Shown one piece after another: positions 13,850 through 26,200 of a DNA stretch of 64,000 nt. The translations under genes and the position numbers were made by a program. Position 1 is the stretch's first letter, and each line of letters starts with the position of its first letter. The DNA comes from Takakia lepidozioides. Lineage: Eukaryota; Plantae; Bryophyta. Under the pieces are notes generated by a model. It saw only the letters and a program-made list of their open reading frames with translations. It had not been told where the DNA came from and made no database searches. The stretch covers positions 53,010,001 to 53,074,000 of the forward strand of contig CM060732.1 of the NCBI GenBank assembly GCA_030704615.1. Direction: 5' to 3'.

Positions 13850-15203
13850 CACTACAGCAAATGGGGTGGGGGATTAGCAGCGCCAGCCGCGCCCCCACAC
13901 CCCGCGCGGCGCTGAGCCTGCGACGCCGACCCCGCGACGCCCCGACGTCGCAATCCCCCGCTGCGACGCCCAACCGTCGCAAGGTGCGTCGCTGTGGGGG
14001 CTTGCGACGGCTAATTTTTCTTACGACGTCTCGGCGTCGCAAAAGTGTCGCTGAGGGCGCTGGGGCGTCGCCACATGGGTTTTTTTTTTCTTTTTTTTTT
14101 TGGGGTTCGATCGAATAAAATAAATATTAAAAAAATAAAAACGAGGAACCGGTAATTTAAAAGTTGAAACCGCGATCGGACTGGAATAGTCTAAATAAAT
14201 CAAACTGAAACCGGATTTGGAGCAAGGCTCTAGAAATAATTGTGGAAGCGGAATTGAAGGTCCTTCTCAATTGCAAAAACTGCACTTGATTAGAAATGCA
14301 TTCAAATTAGATTTAAAATTTTTAAAAATGGACAGATGCCCTGCAATTCATATTTCAAAATAACATGGAAAAAAATAACCATATGTGAAGGTCCATGAGA
14401 GATACATTAGAGGGATTGGGTAACGCCCTAACCTAGCCGTCGTTGGGGGCGCCCCGCGCTGCGATGCCCGACGCTGCGACGCCAGAGGGTCGCAACGGTG
14501 TTGTAGTCAGCTTAGGTCATCACAAGGACGTCGCTTGGGGCACCTAGCGCTGGGGCTGCAACAACAGCGACGACGCTAGGGCTGGGGCTGGGGCTGGGGC
14601 TGGGGCTGGGCACTAAGGCTGTGGAGGTTGCAACTCCCTGGCGTCACAAAATGGACCCCCTTAGAAGGAACTTGAAAGAAATCTTCATATATATATATAT
14701 ATAGTTTTTGTGATACATAGATGAATCGTATGTGTGTTGGTTAGTCTGTAGTGTCTTAGAAATGTTATAACGTGGAGGTCCTAGGTTCAAGTATGCATTG
14801 CCTAATATATGTAGAACAATGAACTTATCGTCATTGGACAAAACCGGAGTCAATGGTCAACAAGTTTTTGAAATTCAAATTTTCCACCTAAATGTAAATG
14901 TAGCCCCCTAAACTGTGACGTCCAGACGTCGCACTTTGCGACCCCCCGACGTCGCTAATTTGGCATTGCAGAGTTGGAAACTATATATATATATGCGACG
15001 CCCGGACGTCACAAGTTGCGTCGGCGTCGCAAGTGGCGGTGGCGTGGCGTTGCGACCCCCATCTGTCGCAGAATTGCATTGTTTTTCCAGCAACGCCTTT
15101 GCAACGGGCCTGCGACGTCCGGGCGTCGCAAAAATGCCCCCCCCCCCCGAAAATGACTGTTTAGCGACGTCGCGGCGTCGAAAACCCCGCTTTTCCAGTA
15201 GTG
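13850..15203. mobile_element. Non-autonomous CACTA (En/Spm) element
   Basis: Begins CACTACAGCAAATGGGG and ends CCCCGCTTTTCCAGTAGTG (imperfect TIR with CACTA...TAGTG). 3-bp TSD AAA at 13847-13849 and 15204-15206. Many GCGACG/CGTCGC subterminal repeats in both orientations. No coding capacity. Confidence 0.92.
14578..14611 (+). repeat. (GGGGCT)n microsatellite inside the CACTA element
   Basis: About five tandem GGGGCT units are visible. Confidence 0.85.
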
Positions 15204-17879
15204 AAAGCTGAACTACTAAAGTTCAGTCTACTGGTCTATTACATGGAGGGTGCTTATTGCAAACCGGGTCATTTTATCTATGACATGGAGGGGCTGCTCG
15301 GATCGACCTCTATGATGTCATCTTTGTTTTTTCTGAATGGGCCTCGGGGTTCGCATGATCACTGTTTTTTTTCCCGAAATGGTAGATTGTTTTTGCTTGA
15401 TTGTTCCCTCGTTATTGATCTTCTCCTCCGCTTCAAGATTTGAGTCGTGGATCTTGTTACAAGGGTCTCAAACCCTAAAGGTCCTCTGTCACTACCATTT
15501 GCCTTGAGAGCAGGGGGTCGGGACACAAGGACTGCCCAAGCTGTGGTGGGGGCAATGGGAATTAGGGATGAATGACCCTTGAGTGGCTAAGGCACATAAG
15601 GGGGTGAAGGTGCTCATTGGGCGAGGGCCCCGAACCAGTGGGCAGTGGGGATCTCGAGTGGGCTAGTCACAGGATGGTGGGAGTAATTGGGGGGTCTTGG
15701 GACTCACCGCGAGCCGCCGCGAGGATTGGGCCGAGGCATACTGCAACTCATCAGAGGGAGTATAAGGTCAACGTGGTGATCCACAAAAAAGAACACAGGC
15801 TACTTGTGAGACCCCCACCGACACCTACAGAAGTATATATGGAGGAGTACTAATCCGAGAACGGTGCAAGCCCGTTAAACGATCAAAGCTAGTGAAGCAA
15901 GCAAGCGAGCCGGAAAGCGCCAAAGCGTGGGGAGCTGTTCCACTCTTCTTTAAACCATATGGATTTTCACCTTATCAGAATAGTTGAGGATCACGAGAGG
16001 GGGGACCGTTATGCCCAGGCGAACAACCGAAGCTCCAAATTGGCTCAACGACTAGTTTGGAAGTTAGGCGCGCGCACCAAAGCAAATAACTATGACTTGA
16101 GGGGAGTTTACCAAAGTGAGGTGTGTGGCATCCTCTGGATGCAGGTGTCGTGGATTGGTGTTCAAAATCCTCATTGGTCTAGTTAGGTAACTTCCCGCTC
16201 TGTGATCTACAGTTTGCCCCCAGTGAAGGGGGTTGAATTCAGAAACAATGAGCATTTCTGCCTACACATCTCCAAGTTGGCATACTCCATCATTGGCCCT
16301 TCAGTTATGTTCCACGTAAATGGAACTCCAAATGGGAGCCTTTCAGAATATTAAACTTCCGGCTTACTAGATCGGACACTGATATGGAGAGATGTTTGGC
16401 TAAGATTTCATTCATCCTATATAGAGACTTATCCATAAAATTTTCCCCTTTGGTTGTGTCATTTATGACCCTCCTTCGTTTGGCAAACTTTGTAATTCAT
16501 GGGATATTGAGACGATGGAAATCTATCTCTTTCATTGTGATTTTGCCTCTGTTATGTGGTCCCATTCCAACACTTTCTATGCTCCCTAGAGATCAGTCAA
16601 TGCTAGTAATTGTATCTCTAGTCATTTTCTTAACTTCCACTGTAGCTGCATGTGTTGGAATCCCTGCCCGATATGGGCGAGCCTACGGGCCCTCACTCTC
16701 TAGTACTTATGAAAAGTTAGATGTTCCGTTTGGTTGGACAGTACTAAGTTCCCAGGTGTGAGCTGATCTATTCTTTGTAAACTGTTTTTTGACTTATGGA
16801 TTGAAGGTAGGAAGACTAGGGGGGTTGTTTTGACAGATGTTCTCATGAAAAGAAGCGTGTCCAACTTCTTAAGGAGTTCAACTCATCATGAGGCTGGAGG
16901 GACAACATCTGCTCCGATCTAGAGAGGACGATCTCTGCACCTTTAACCATTCCATCCCCGATATTTGATGGCCCAGCTAGCCCTTGGCCATCCCCGCTGG
17001 AATAGGAGGATGACATCAATTGGAAGCATACGAAGAATTGCAACTCCCAAAATTAAGGTCCACCTTAATTTTGAGCACTAACTTTCTTTTTCTTATCTTT
17101 TGTTGTCATTTCCTGCACCGCATTTTCAACACTTCTTGGTTAGCTATTTGGCTAGTTGGTTCCTCAGCTCTAGATCCCCAGAGTTATGACTGTTCTTGTA
17201 ACAATTGTTTTTATGGTCCTAGATAACATGTCATGGTTTTAGGCATGGTTAGTTAACAATAGTTATTTCTAACTTATTAGGATATTATACATTTATATTA
17301 TTTGTATTTAATTTGTTGGCATTGGGACTTCATTTGGTTCCGTGTCTCAAGTGAGGTGACAGGTCTCATTTGGAACGTGGGGAGGTTTATCTCCACGTGA
17401 AGGCTCACGAAGGCTCGTCCTCTTCTAGTTGAGCCTCCCGATACCTCTAACCCTATTTTAACTAATTCTGGACTTTTGGCTTAAATCTGGACCAAACTTA
17501 ATATACATTTGAATTAAAATTAATTGAAATATTAATAATATCATGGTATAATGTGTGATTGAACTTTGTGAAATTTGGGGTGATGTCATACTTATTTCAG
17601 AATGTGTCATATAAGATGTCCATTTGACATTGAAGTGCTTGTGAAGTAGCAGTACTGAACACTTCATTGAACGTCCACTTGGAAGTCGAATGATGTAATA
17701 TTATATTACATTATAATCACAATAAACAAATGGGTCGCATCGAACATTGGGGAAAACTTATAATCTAATATACTCGATACAACTTGCTAGTAATTTTATT
17801 AATTGGATCCTCATGTCAAGCACAATGTTCACATACCACGCCATTGTAATGATGTTTTGGGTGTGACAAGGCCCGGCAA

Positions 17880-18315
17880 TAAAATATTAAAATAACATGA
17901 AACATTAAGAAGAGGTACTAGGGTAGTACAATAAGGTTTGGGGTGTATCTAAAGATCAGAAGTGCAATAAGGTTTAGGTTTATGGTAAGGGTAAGGGTTT
18001 AGGGTTTGAATTAAGGGTACAAAGGGACAAAAAAATATGATGGACTCACACTCGGTAGAATTAAGAAATGGTTGAGGAATTTGATATCCCTTTAATCATT
18101 CTATCATATCTTATCCAACAAAAGAAAATATTAAAAGAGCATGAAACATTGAGAAGAGGTAATCATGGTAGTACGATAAGGTTTGGAGTGTAACTAGGGT
18201 AGTACACTAGATTCTTGGTCTATGGTAAGACTAATGGTTTAGGGGTGATGGTAAAGGTAGGGGTTTTCGGTTTGGGTTTAAGGTACAAATGGACAAACAA
18301 ATATGGAAGACTCGC
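17880..18315 (+). repeat. Diverged direct duplication, about 180-190 bp units
   Basis: AAATATTAAAA...CATGAAACATT.AGAAGAGGTA...GGTAGTAC.ATAAGGTTTGG.GTGTA...AGGTACAAA.GGACAAA.AAATATG at about 17880-18050 and about 18126-18315. Confidence 0.8.
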
Positions 18316-19656
18316 TAAAACTTGGTGTTTGTTAGTAGGATAAAAAATAAAAATAACAATAGAGAAACAAATATTATGGCAGGTTCACGGAGATGCTGAC
18401 GACGTCAACCGTTCTTCAGGTCCCCTAAGAAAAATCACCGGATCAGCAGTGCGTCGGAGTATTGAAGGCTTCCGAGGGTTGAGGATGGTGCTCAGCCATA
18501 CTCTTCGCCTCTCGGGAATCGGGCGACACTATTCTCCACTCGGGTCTTTCTGGGTCTAAAGTCCAAGGTGCAAGTGAACAACATAAATATGTCGGAGATC
18601 TAATCGACCTTACCCAACAATCCTCACCCTCTCCGTTAAGAACCAAAGGTCTGGTTTCTCCAACCTGAAGGGCAACCGTCGCAGACTTGGCTGCGGCTCC
18701 GCTGTACCTTGTTCCGTCTCTTCCTCGCATATCTCCCAGCACGAGGGATGGACAACCCAAATCCGCATAAGTCAAGTGATTTAAACTCATTTCTCGATCC
18801 TTACGCATTTTCCTAGTTTCATTTAGTTTTGGGTCCGATGTTCATCTGTCACTCCAGGTCAGAAAATCTGCAGATTATGACCTTCATGTCAAACGACGTC
18901 TGCATTGGAATGCAGTTCTGAGGTAATTTCTTCGTTGCGTTTTCATTCCATCCAGGATGTGGAGTACTCAAGGGACAATTTTTTGTGCCTGCCTGTTGTT
19001 CCCCCTCTACTCCCCCCGTCGTGCAATGGCGCAACATCTCCAACATCGACACAGCCTGACCCTGAACTATTGGCACAATGTTCTGCACCAAAGAAGGGCA
19101 AAAGAGCCCCCGAGCCATTTCCTTCCTCTGCATGAATGCTTTCCAACGGACAGAATGGTGACAAGAAAAAAAAATCCAAAAACATGAGGACTCCCTCAGA
19201 TGTTGTGGTGTCTTGTCAAAACATGCCCGCGGGAATCCACTGTTCTTCTGCGAGACATTCCAATAAGGCTTCAATGGTAAATTTCAAAACTATTTCTCCA
19301 CTTTCATCTGCAGTTTGTTTTGCGGTCCCAAACTTACTCCGTAATTTTTAAACAGGCGGGGATGGAGCCGCATAACTTCATGAATACGTCTTCCTACAAG
19401 GTACGTCCACGAACCTCCACTTGACAGCCGATGTTCATCTTTTCCTGATCTCCTCTTCAATATATCGTCTACTCTAGGTCCTTTAAAATAGTCCTTTCCC
19501 GGAACACACATGTCTCGGAAAACGTAGAGGTCATTGTGAAATTAATAAACACTAAATCTTTCTGAGACGTGTGGTTTTTTACTGCGCTGGAAACACTGAA
19601 ATGATTGTCATTAAATTGCATAGGATGGCTTCGTCCATCAACCTTCATCTGCCACA

Positions 19657-20062
19657 TTGGGGAAGAGAAAACAGATGTTGCTAATATTGAGTGTCAACGG
19701 ACTCCTCTGCTACCGGCCACCTCCAACCGGCGGTGAATTGTTTACGGAGAGATTTCGTTTCAGGAAAAGTACAGTTCATGTTCCTGACCGACTTTTTGTG
19801 GTGCCCCGGCCCGGAGTCTTGGAGTTTCTCAACCTTGCGTTGACGCATCATGCCTGGGATGAAATATCTCGTTAAGGATATTGACAGTGTTCTTGCCAAG
19901 TACCCCGATAGACCGTTTGCAACGCAGGGACAAATACTCATTGTCGATGATGAGCCATCAAAGGGCCTCCGAAACCCACCAAATACTGGATTCTTCCTTA
20001 TTTTATTCAAGCCATCACCAAAGGGCTTGGTTGACCAGGATGATATGACAAAAGCAGTGTGA
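19657..20062 (+). pseudogene. Decayed FCP1/NIF (HAD-superfamily) phosphatase-like fragment
   Basis: Two frames give QMLLILSVNGLLCY...FVVPRPGVLEFL and KDIDSVL...ILIVDDEPSKGLRNPPNTGFF. These match the FCP1-homology pattern LLVLDxNGLL / RPxxxEFL / KDL / LLxDDSPxKxxxNPxxT. The first catalytic Asp is missing, the middle is deleted and there is a frameshift. Confidence 0.65.
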
Positions 20063-23000
20063 CCATATATATTGAAGATGGCTGCAGATTCAACAGTCGT
20101 AGATTACATCAGCGACAACCCTGCTAAGTGTCTCGTAAGCCTATTGGTCACGACCACACCTATTGGGCTTGATGTGGAAGATATGTTGATCCTCGTGTTT
20201 GGATCCCACAACGAAAAGAACCTGATTACCTTGGTATGTACTTATCCCACTATTTGTTGTTTATTGAGAATTTGATTTTCAAAGTGTCTTCCACTTGCAG
20301 TTTTACCTGAACATTTTTTCATTCTATAAATCTTCCAAATTTTGACATTTGTCATATGAAAATCTGTTTTGCCTAGTCACATTCAAGGAGCGAATTCGAA
20401 AAGAAGAAGAAGAGCTTCGTGATTGGCAAGAATGGTGGGCTTCCTAGCAAGCTTCAAGGGCATCAAGATCATCAAGTAGAGTTCCAAGTAACATTTCAGA
20501 TGATAATGTTACTTAGGTTTGAATTTTCTGAAAGTATTTCCATTTCCTTTGGTGCGGAGACCGTTGCAAGTGGTTATGGTAACCGGAGGCGTCTTCGAAC
20601 ACATGCCTTGACTGCGAGCCGTTTGAGATGAGGCTCTGTAATATTAATGGGTAAGTGTAAGCCGCTGAATGGCTTCGAGCCGATGGATAACATTAAGTCC
20701 AATGTGAACGAATGTACAGTTGACGTTACATTTTGTCTGACTGCAATGCCAAATTGCAATCTCCAATAAAATATGAATGGTTATCATCAATGTATCCGCA
20801 GACTCATTCTTTCATGTCATCCTCTTCATCACATGCCATGATTGTTCTATGTTTGGTTTTGTATGTCATTGGATATAACCATTTTGTGCAAAAAGTTTTG
20901 CATATTTGACCTCAAATCATGGTTTAATTCATTGCATCCTCCCATTTTTTCCATGAACGTCAACTTGGCAGTGGATGTTGTTCTAAAACCACACTATATA
21001 CTTATATTTTCTCCAAAAGATGTTTGGAGGATTATTGTTCATGTTTATATTGTACGTAAAATAGCCAAATAATCATATATATCTCTTTATTTCTATAATA
21101 AATTATATTTATTCATATTTCTCATATTATTTCTGGACCAAACAAAAGTCCATAATTAGTTAAAATAGTGTTCTCTCTCACCACCATAGCTCTAGTTCTT
21201 GAGTGATAGTGTGTGTGAGGTGTGTATGGTGGATTTCCTTAACAAAGGTGTCATTCGCTTTTGATTTATATTGAGGAAAAGTATGGGTTTACACTTGGAA
21301 GAGTTGGGTTTGCCCCTTAGCATGTGGTGGTTTCACACTTGAAGGTTTTAATTCATTGCATTCCACTTCTGTTGACATTCATTACTTCTTTTATCACTAG
21401 AAGAAGACCTCCTTACATCTATGAAGTAAACATGGTATGAGAGTTTCAAATCTACTTCCACTTTAAAGGATGTTATGAAGATTTTATAAAGGAAACATCA
21501 GCTGCTCATAAAACAGATAAATAGAAAATATACATTTGGAAACACTGCATTTAAAATAATTTTGTCAGGCAGGCTCTAATCTCGATATTCTCCATGTCAA
21601 TTTGAGGTAGAAATATTGCTCGAAGAAGAGTCGATGATATTATCCATGAGAAGCATGATCTCATTTTGACAAGGTTCTTAATATAATTGTAGCCTTATTC
21701 ATCTTATCTATTTTTCACTTCATTCTCCACATGCATCTTCACTCTCATGCAAATTATACAATATCACATCTCATGTTGGGAAGATAGTTGGTCTCAATTC
21801 TTGCATGGAGATTGGCGAGTGACTAGCTAGCACGACTAATTGAGGGGGCTAGTGGAAAAGCAGGAGAAGGACACGCAGGCCCGAGAGAAAAGGGAGGGCA
21901 CTTGAGTAGACGGGTGGGTCCGGGCTGTAGGGACACCTGAAGGAATGTTTTATTTAAATAAGGTTAAAAATAGGTCCACCATTGGAGCAGCCAATGGTGG
22001 GTTAGGATTAGAGGTTTTGTAGGGTTAGAATTAGGCCCTTTTCTCACGAGCGGCAGTGGAAGAGAGCGTCTGACACCCCTTCTTCCACCCACTTTTCCCA
22101 AGAAGAGTGTCACATATGCAACGGAAGATGTTGCAGCAAACACACGAGCAGAAGTTGGTAGTCATTTCCGTTGGTGATCATTCGTAGATTTTTCTGATTT
22201 CGTGGAAACCATCGGCGGCGCAGATCTCGGTTGCAACAAGCGATGGCGGGAAACTATGTGAGGCTGGGAAGAGCGATCGTCTTCTTCGAGCTTTGCTTCA
22301 CCACTTCATCCCGTAGGGCCCAAGCATATTTCGACTACTGAACGATGACTCTAGTTGTAAAGAGTGCTTGCAGAAACTTTCGCAGAAGCTAGTATTCATC
22401 ATTAGAATGCTGTAATTTGGTGTGGCTTGACATTAGCAATTTGTTTCAATCTTCCAGCATGGAAAAGCAAAAAAAAGAACTTTTATCCACACTAGCTTTG
22501 CAGATGTCTTTGTTTATGCTCTTGGAGGCTTTTATCAACCTCTCATAATTTCATCCTCCACCATCACAACCTTGTGACAATTTCTCTGCTTGTTCTTCTC
22601 TGCAAAGTGCGTTAGTCAAAATCTAGGCCTAATTGGGCTCGAGAGCGCATACATAGATACTTACAATCAACTTTGTTGGGGTCGTACAATGAGAGAGAAT
22701 TTAAGGCCAGGATGAGAATGTCAAGGGGAACATTTGATTTTATTTGTTCAGAAGTTGCTCCTTATTTGAAGCGTCTGGATACTAACATGCGAGGTGCTGT
22801 TCCACTTGAAACTAGAGTAGCACTTGACATTTCACGCTTAGCTACCGGAAATGGAATGCAAATGATCGCTGATCTATATGGTGTGGGAATATCAACTTCT
22901 CAGAAGATCTGTGTAGATTTTGTGCATGCTATGAAATGAGGGAAGCTAGCACGTGAGCATGCTCACGCTTAGCGGACTAAGCGTGAGCAGACTTCGTTAA

Positions 23001-23295
23001 GTGTGAGCATATTTCCTAAGTGTGAGCACATTTCTTAAGCGTGAGCATTGAATGAAAGCGGAGCCTATAGCCGTGGGAAAAGCAGAACCTATTGCCATGG
23101 GGACGATGTTTATGGTTTATGGGGGCAACGTACGCAAGACATGAATGGAAATTTGAGAGTAATGCGAGACGAAATCCGTATGGATGAATGGGTTTGTGGA
23201 ATGGATGAATGTAGGATGAATATTGGATGAATGTTGGATGGTTACGGGATGAATGTAGGATGAATGATGGGACGTCAAAATACGGATGAATATAC

Positions 23296-26200
23296 AATGG
23301 ATGAGACCAATGACATCTTGGTTGAAAGAACTCGAACGATTTTCGACATTCACGTACCTTGTGTTCAAAACAGTATACATGTCGTATAAACAATGCCAGT
23401 ATCTTCCCCACTGTGATCATGTATTAGAATTATGGCCACCGGCCATTATCTAACGTAATTGGATGGGGGAGTATTCCTGGCGTTTGTAGCCTCAGATGTC
23501 ACTATCAGAGCTGCGATAGCCAAACAAAACTTGCCACGTGGTGAAATATGGCAAAACTCTCTTGACAAGTGAAGGGCCAAACCCTGCGAAACGTTGGGTG
23601 GCTACATATCGGAATTGCACTCTGACAAAAAGGGCTGGCACTGGAGCATTCATTCTATGGTTTTGGATCACAAAGGACGAATCACATAGTTGCTCACTGC
23701 CATGCACGACATCAACAAGTAAGTTTTCCGAAATTGTTGTGCATTTTTTGATTGCATTGCTTTGTTTGTGGTTGTTTTTTTCTTACTTGGAAAAGTGACT
23801 ATTCAATGCAGATCAAACGAAACCTCCCACGTAACAACCAACCTCTGCCACACCTTTTCCGGGTCCAGAAGATCGGTATGATGCCACTGGAATCGTTTGC
23901 GAACGTGTTGAGTCCAAGTCAAATGAAGAGATGCAGGGAGAAGAAGCTCGTCACCTGGTATAGCCTGACAAGAGAGGCATGTCTTGACTACATGTACACG
24001 GTAAAGCAACTTAAACCCAATTGAAATTCAGACTTGTTTGTTCCCTATTTTCATTGGCTGTGAACTGAAGTGTCTTATATGTTGGATTGTTTGCAGCAAG
24101 AGATAGCGGAGACAGGCTTGAAGGCGAAGGCCGAATACTACGCCACTCACGCAGAGGAGAAGAGGTCTGCTGTGGGGGTGGCGGAGGCAATCCGGTTTGA
24201 GATGGATAACCACAAGAAGAACCTGTTGAGTGCGTTTGACAAACAAATCCGTATTGCAGATCCCGGTCTCCGCTCAGAGTTCCTGGAGCAGGTGAAAGTG
24301 CACTACGACAAGTATGGAACTAAACCCGAAATGACACAAGAGAAACTGCATCGCCTGTCCATTTCAATGGTGGACACCGCAACCAAAATCAGATGGTTGG
24401 AGATTTGGAACTCGGATCCTCTGGTGAAGGACATGTATGGGTTTCCAAGAACAGAGAAAGACCCCAAAACCAATGTTGTAAAAGTGGTGAGCGACCACTC
24501 CTTTGACCAGTGGCTTCACAAAGCTACATTCTGGAGCCAAGTGAGAGAAACCACCACTTCATTCTTGCAGTCTCCATTTTTTCATGATTCCGTGTTGCAT
24601 AGCTCCATAGTCTCACATTTGCCTTGTTGGAATAGCTGGAGAGACGTGCTATTTCACCACTGGGAGAGTCCTTGACTGACTACAAAATCACAATGACAAC
24701 ACCCAGAATCTCTCTTGAGCAATACATTCGGAGATGGAAAGGTGCTATATGGAACAACTGTTTCTTCAGGGAGTTTGAAAGAGACAAAGGCATTTCCAGG
24801 TCGAATGAGTTCAAGAATCAGTACAATAGCGAGCAAGCTATGAAGCGAGTCTTGTACATGTATCATGTTTCTTCATTGTTTCTTTTCTTGGTTTCGTTTT
24901 TCCTCATCGAATCATTCTTATGTTGTTGCAAGGCATGGTTTGGGACTGCCAATGTGAGGGTACACTGATCGTCTGTCGTTCCTTTTCCAGACGCAATTTA
25001 ACCTTGCGTCAACGCAAGGTTGATTCGGGCTGGTGGTTCTGCACTTCTTGCACTCATTTCCGTTTTGTAGTATGGTACTTCTCCAGGCAGGTTCCAACCT
25101 TGCATTGACGCAAGGTTGGATATAGGTCCTGCAGAACAGTATTTTCTGAAATTTCATTGCACGTAGAGGTACATTTTCCGTTCATTCTCTTCTTGTCCAC
25201 AGTCTCTTCGTTTCAAATACTGCTTCTAAATATTCATTTTACAAACTCATTTCAATCTTGCGTTAACGCAAGGTTGTTTGAGACTTGATTTTACCTGCAG
25301 ATTTAGGTTAAACTTCAGAGCAATGTAAATCCTTGCTTTGACGCAAGGCTATACTTTGCTCGTAATAGACCAATTTTGTGTTATCATTGTTGGTATCGGC
25401 AATTTATTGGGATGCCTCAAACAACCTTGCGTCAACGCAAGGTTGATCGAGGTACTTTGTTTTTTCAGATTGTATGATTCTGCTGGACAATGGCCTTCAC
25501 TAAATTGATAATTTGGGTGTGTTTTCCAGGTACATTTATCATGTCCTCATTCCCGGCAAGTACCTCAGTGATGAACCAGATTTCATTTTCATGTGGGCGG
25601 ACCCCACTAAGGACAAGACAATGTACACTACTGGAATCGCGAAGGACTGGGGCAGGGCGCACTTCAGAGATTGTGGCTGGTACTTGGACTTGCCCAAACA
25701 GGACACACCGTTCGAGGAGGTGGTCATGCGTAACTTCAATGACAATGCAGCTGCTCTTGCACCACTTAGTGACAAGGAAATTCAGGAGAGAATAATTCAA
25801 GCCCTCGCAGCAAAGGAGCCGGAGAAAAGTAGCACTCCCAAACGGAAAGGGAAGGGGACAAGTGATGGGAAGGGTAAGGGGAAGATTGTGGTTGGGTAGG
25901 ATCAGGCTGTGTAGGACACCACAGAGCGTCAACCCTCTCCAACTCGCAAGGACAGGAGAACTCCTAAAACTAAAGAAGAGCCTTACGAGGCTAGAGAGCA
26001 CCCTTCTCGGGTATTGGGTCAGTATGAAAGTGAGGTGATTAACGAGAGTTTCTTGGCAATGATGGAATCCAGAAAATCCACATTCAAAGGAGAGAGATCG
26101 AAGACTTGGGATTTCTTTCCTCACAAAGATGCCCACACAAAACTTTGTTTGGTGTGTTTTTTTCTTTGTTCAACATTGTGTTCTGCTCCTAACTAGTCCA

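Noticed and set aside
15460-17460. Possible decayed retroelement or LTR-like region
   Set aside because: It looks TE-derived, but I could not find paired LTRs, PBS/PPT or reliable protein motifs.
17985-18010. TTTAGGG-like telomere repeats
   Set aside because: Only about two units within a diverged duplication, too few to call an interstitial telomere.
21976-22000. Perfect 10-bp hairpin CCACCATTGG-AGCAG-CCAATGGTGG
   Set aside because: Single occurrence in the Harbinger 5' region with no supporting context for a function.
25000-25444. Palindromic repeats with unique spacers resemble a CRISPR array
   Set aside because: Spacer lengths are irregular (about 53-136 bp), no cas genes are present, and the array sits in a spliceosomal intron of a plant transposon.
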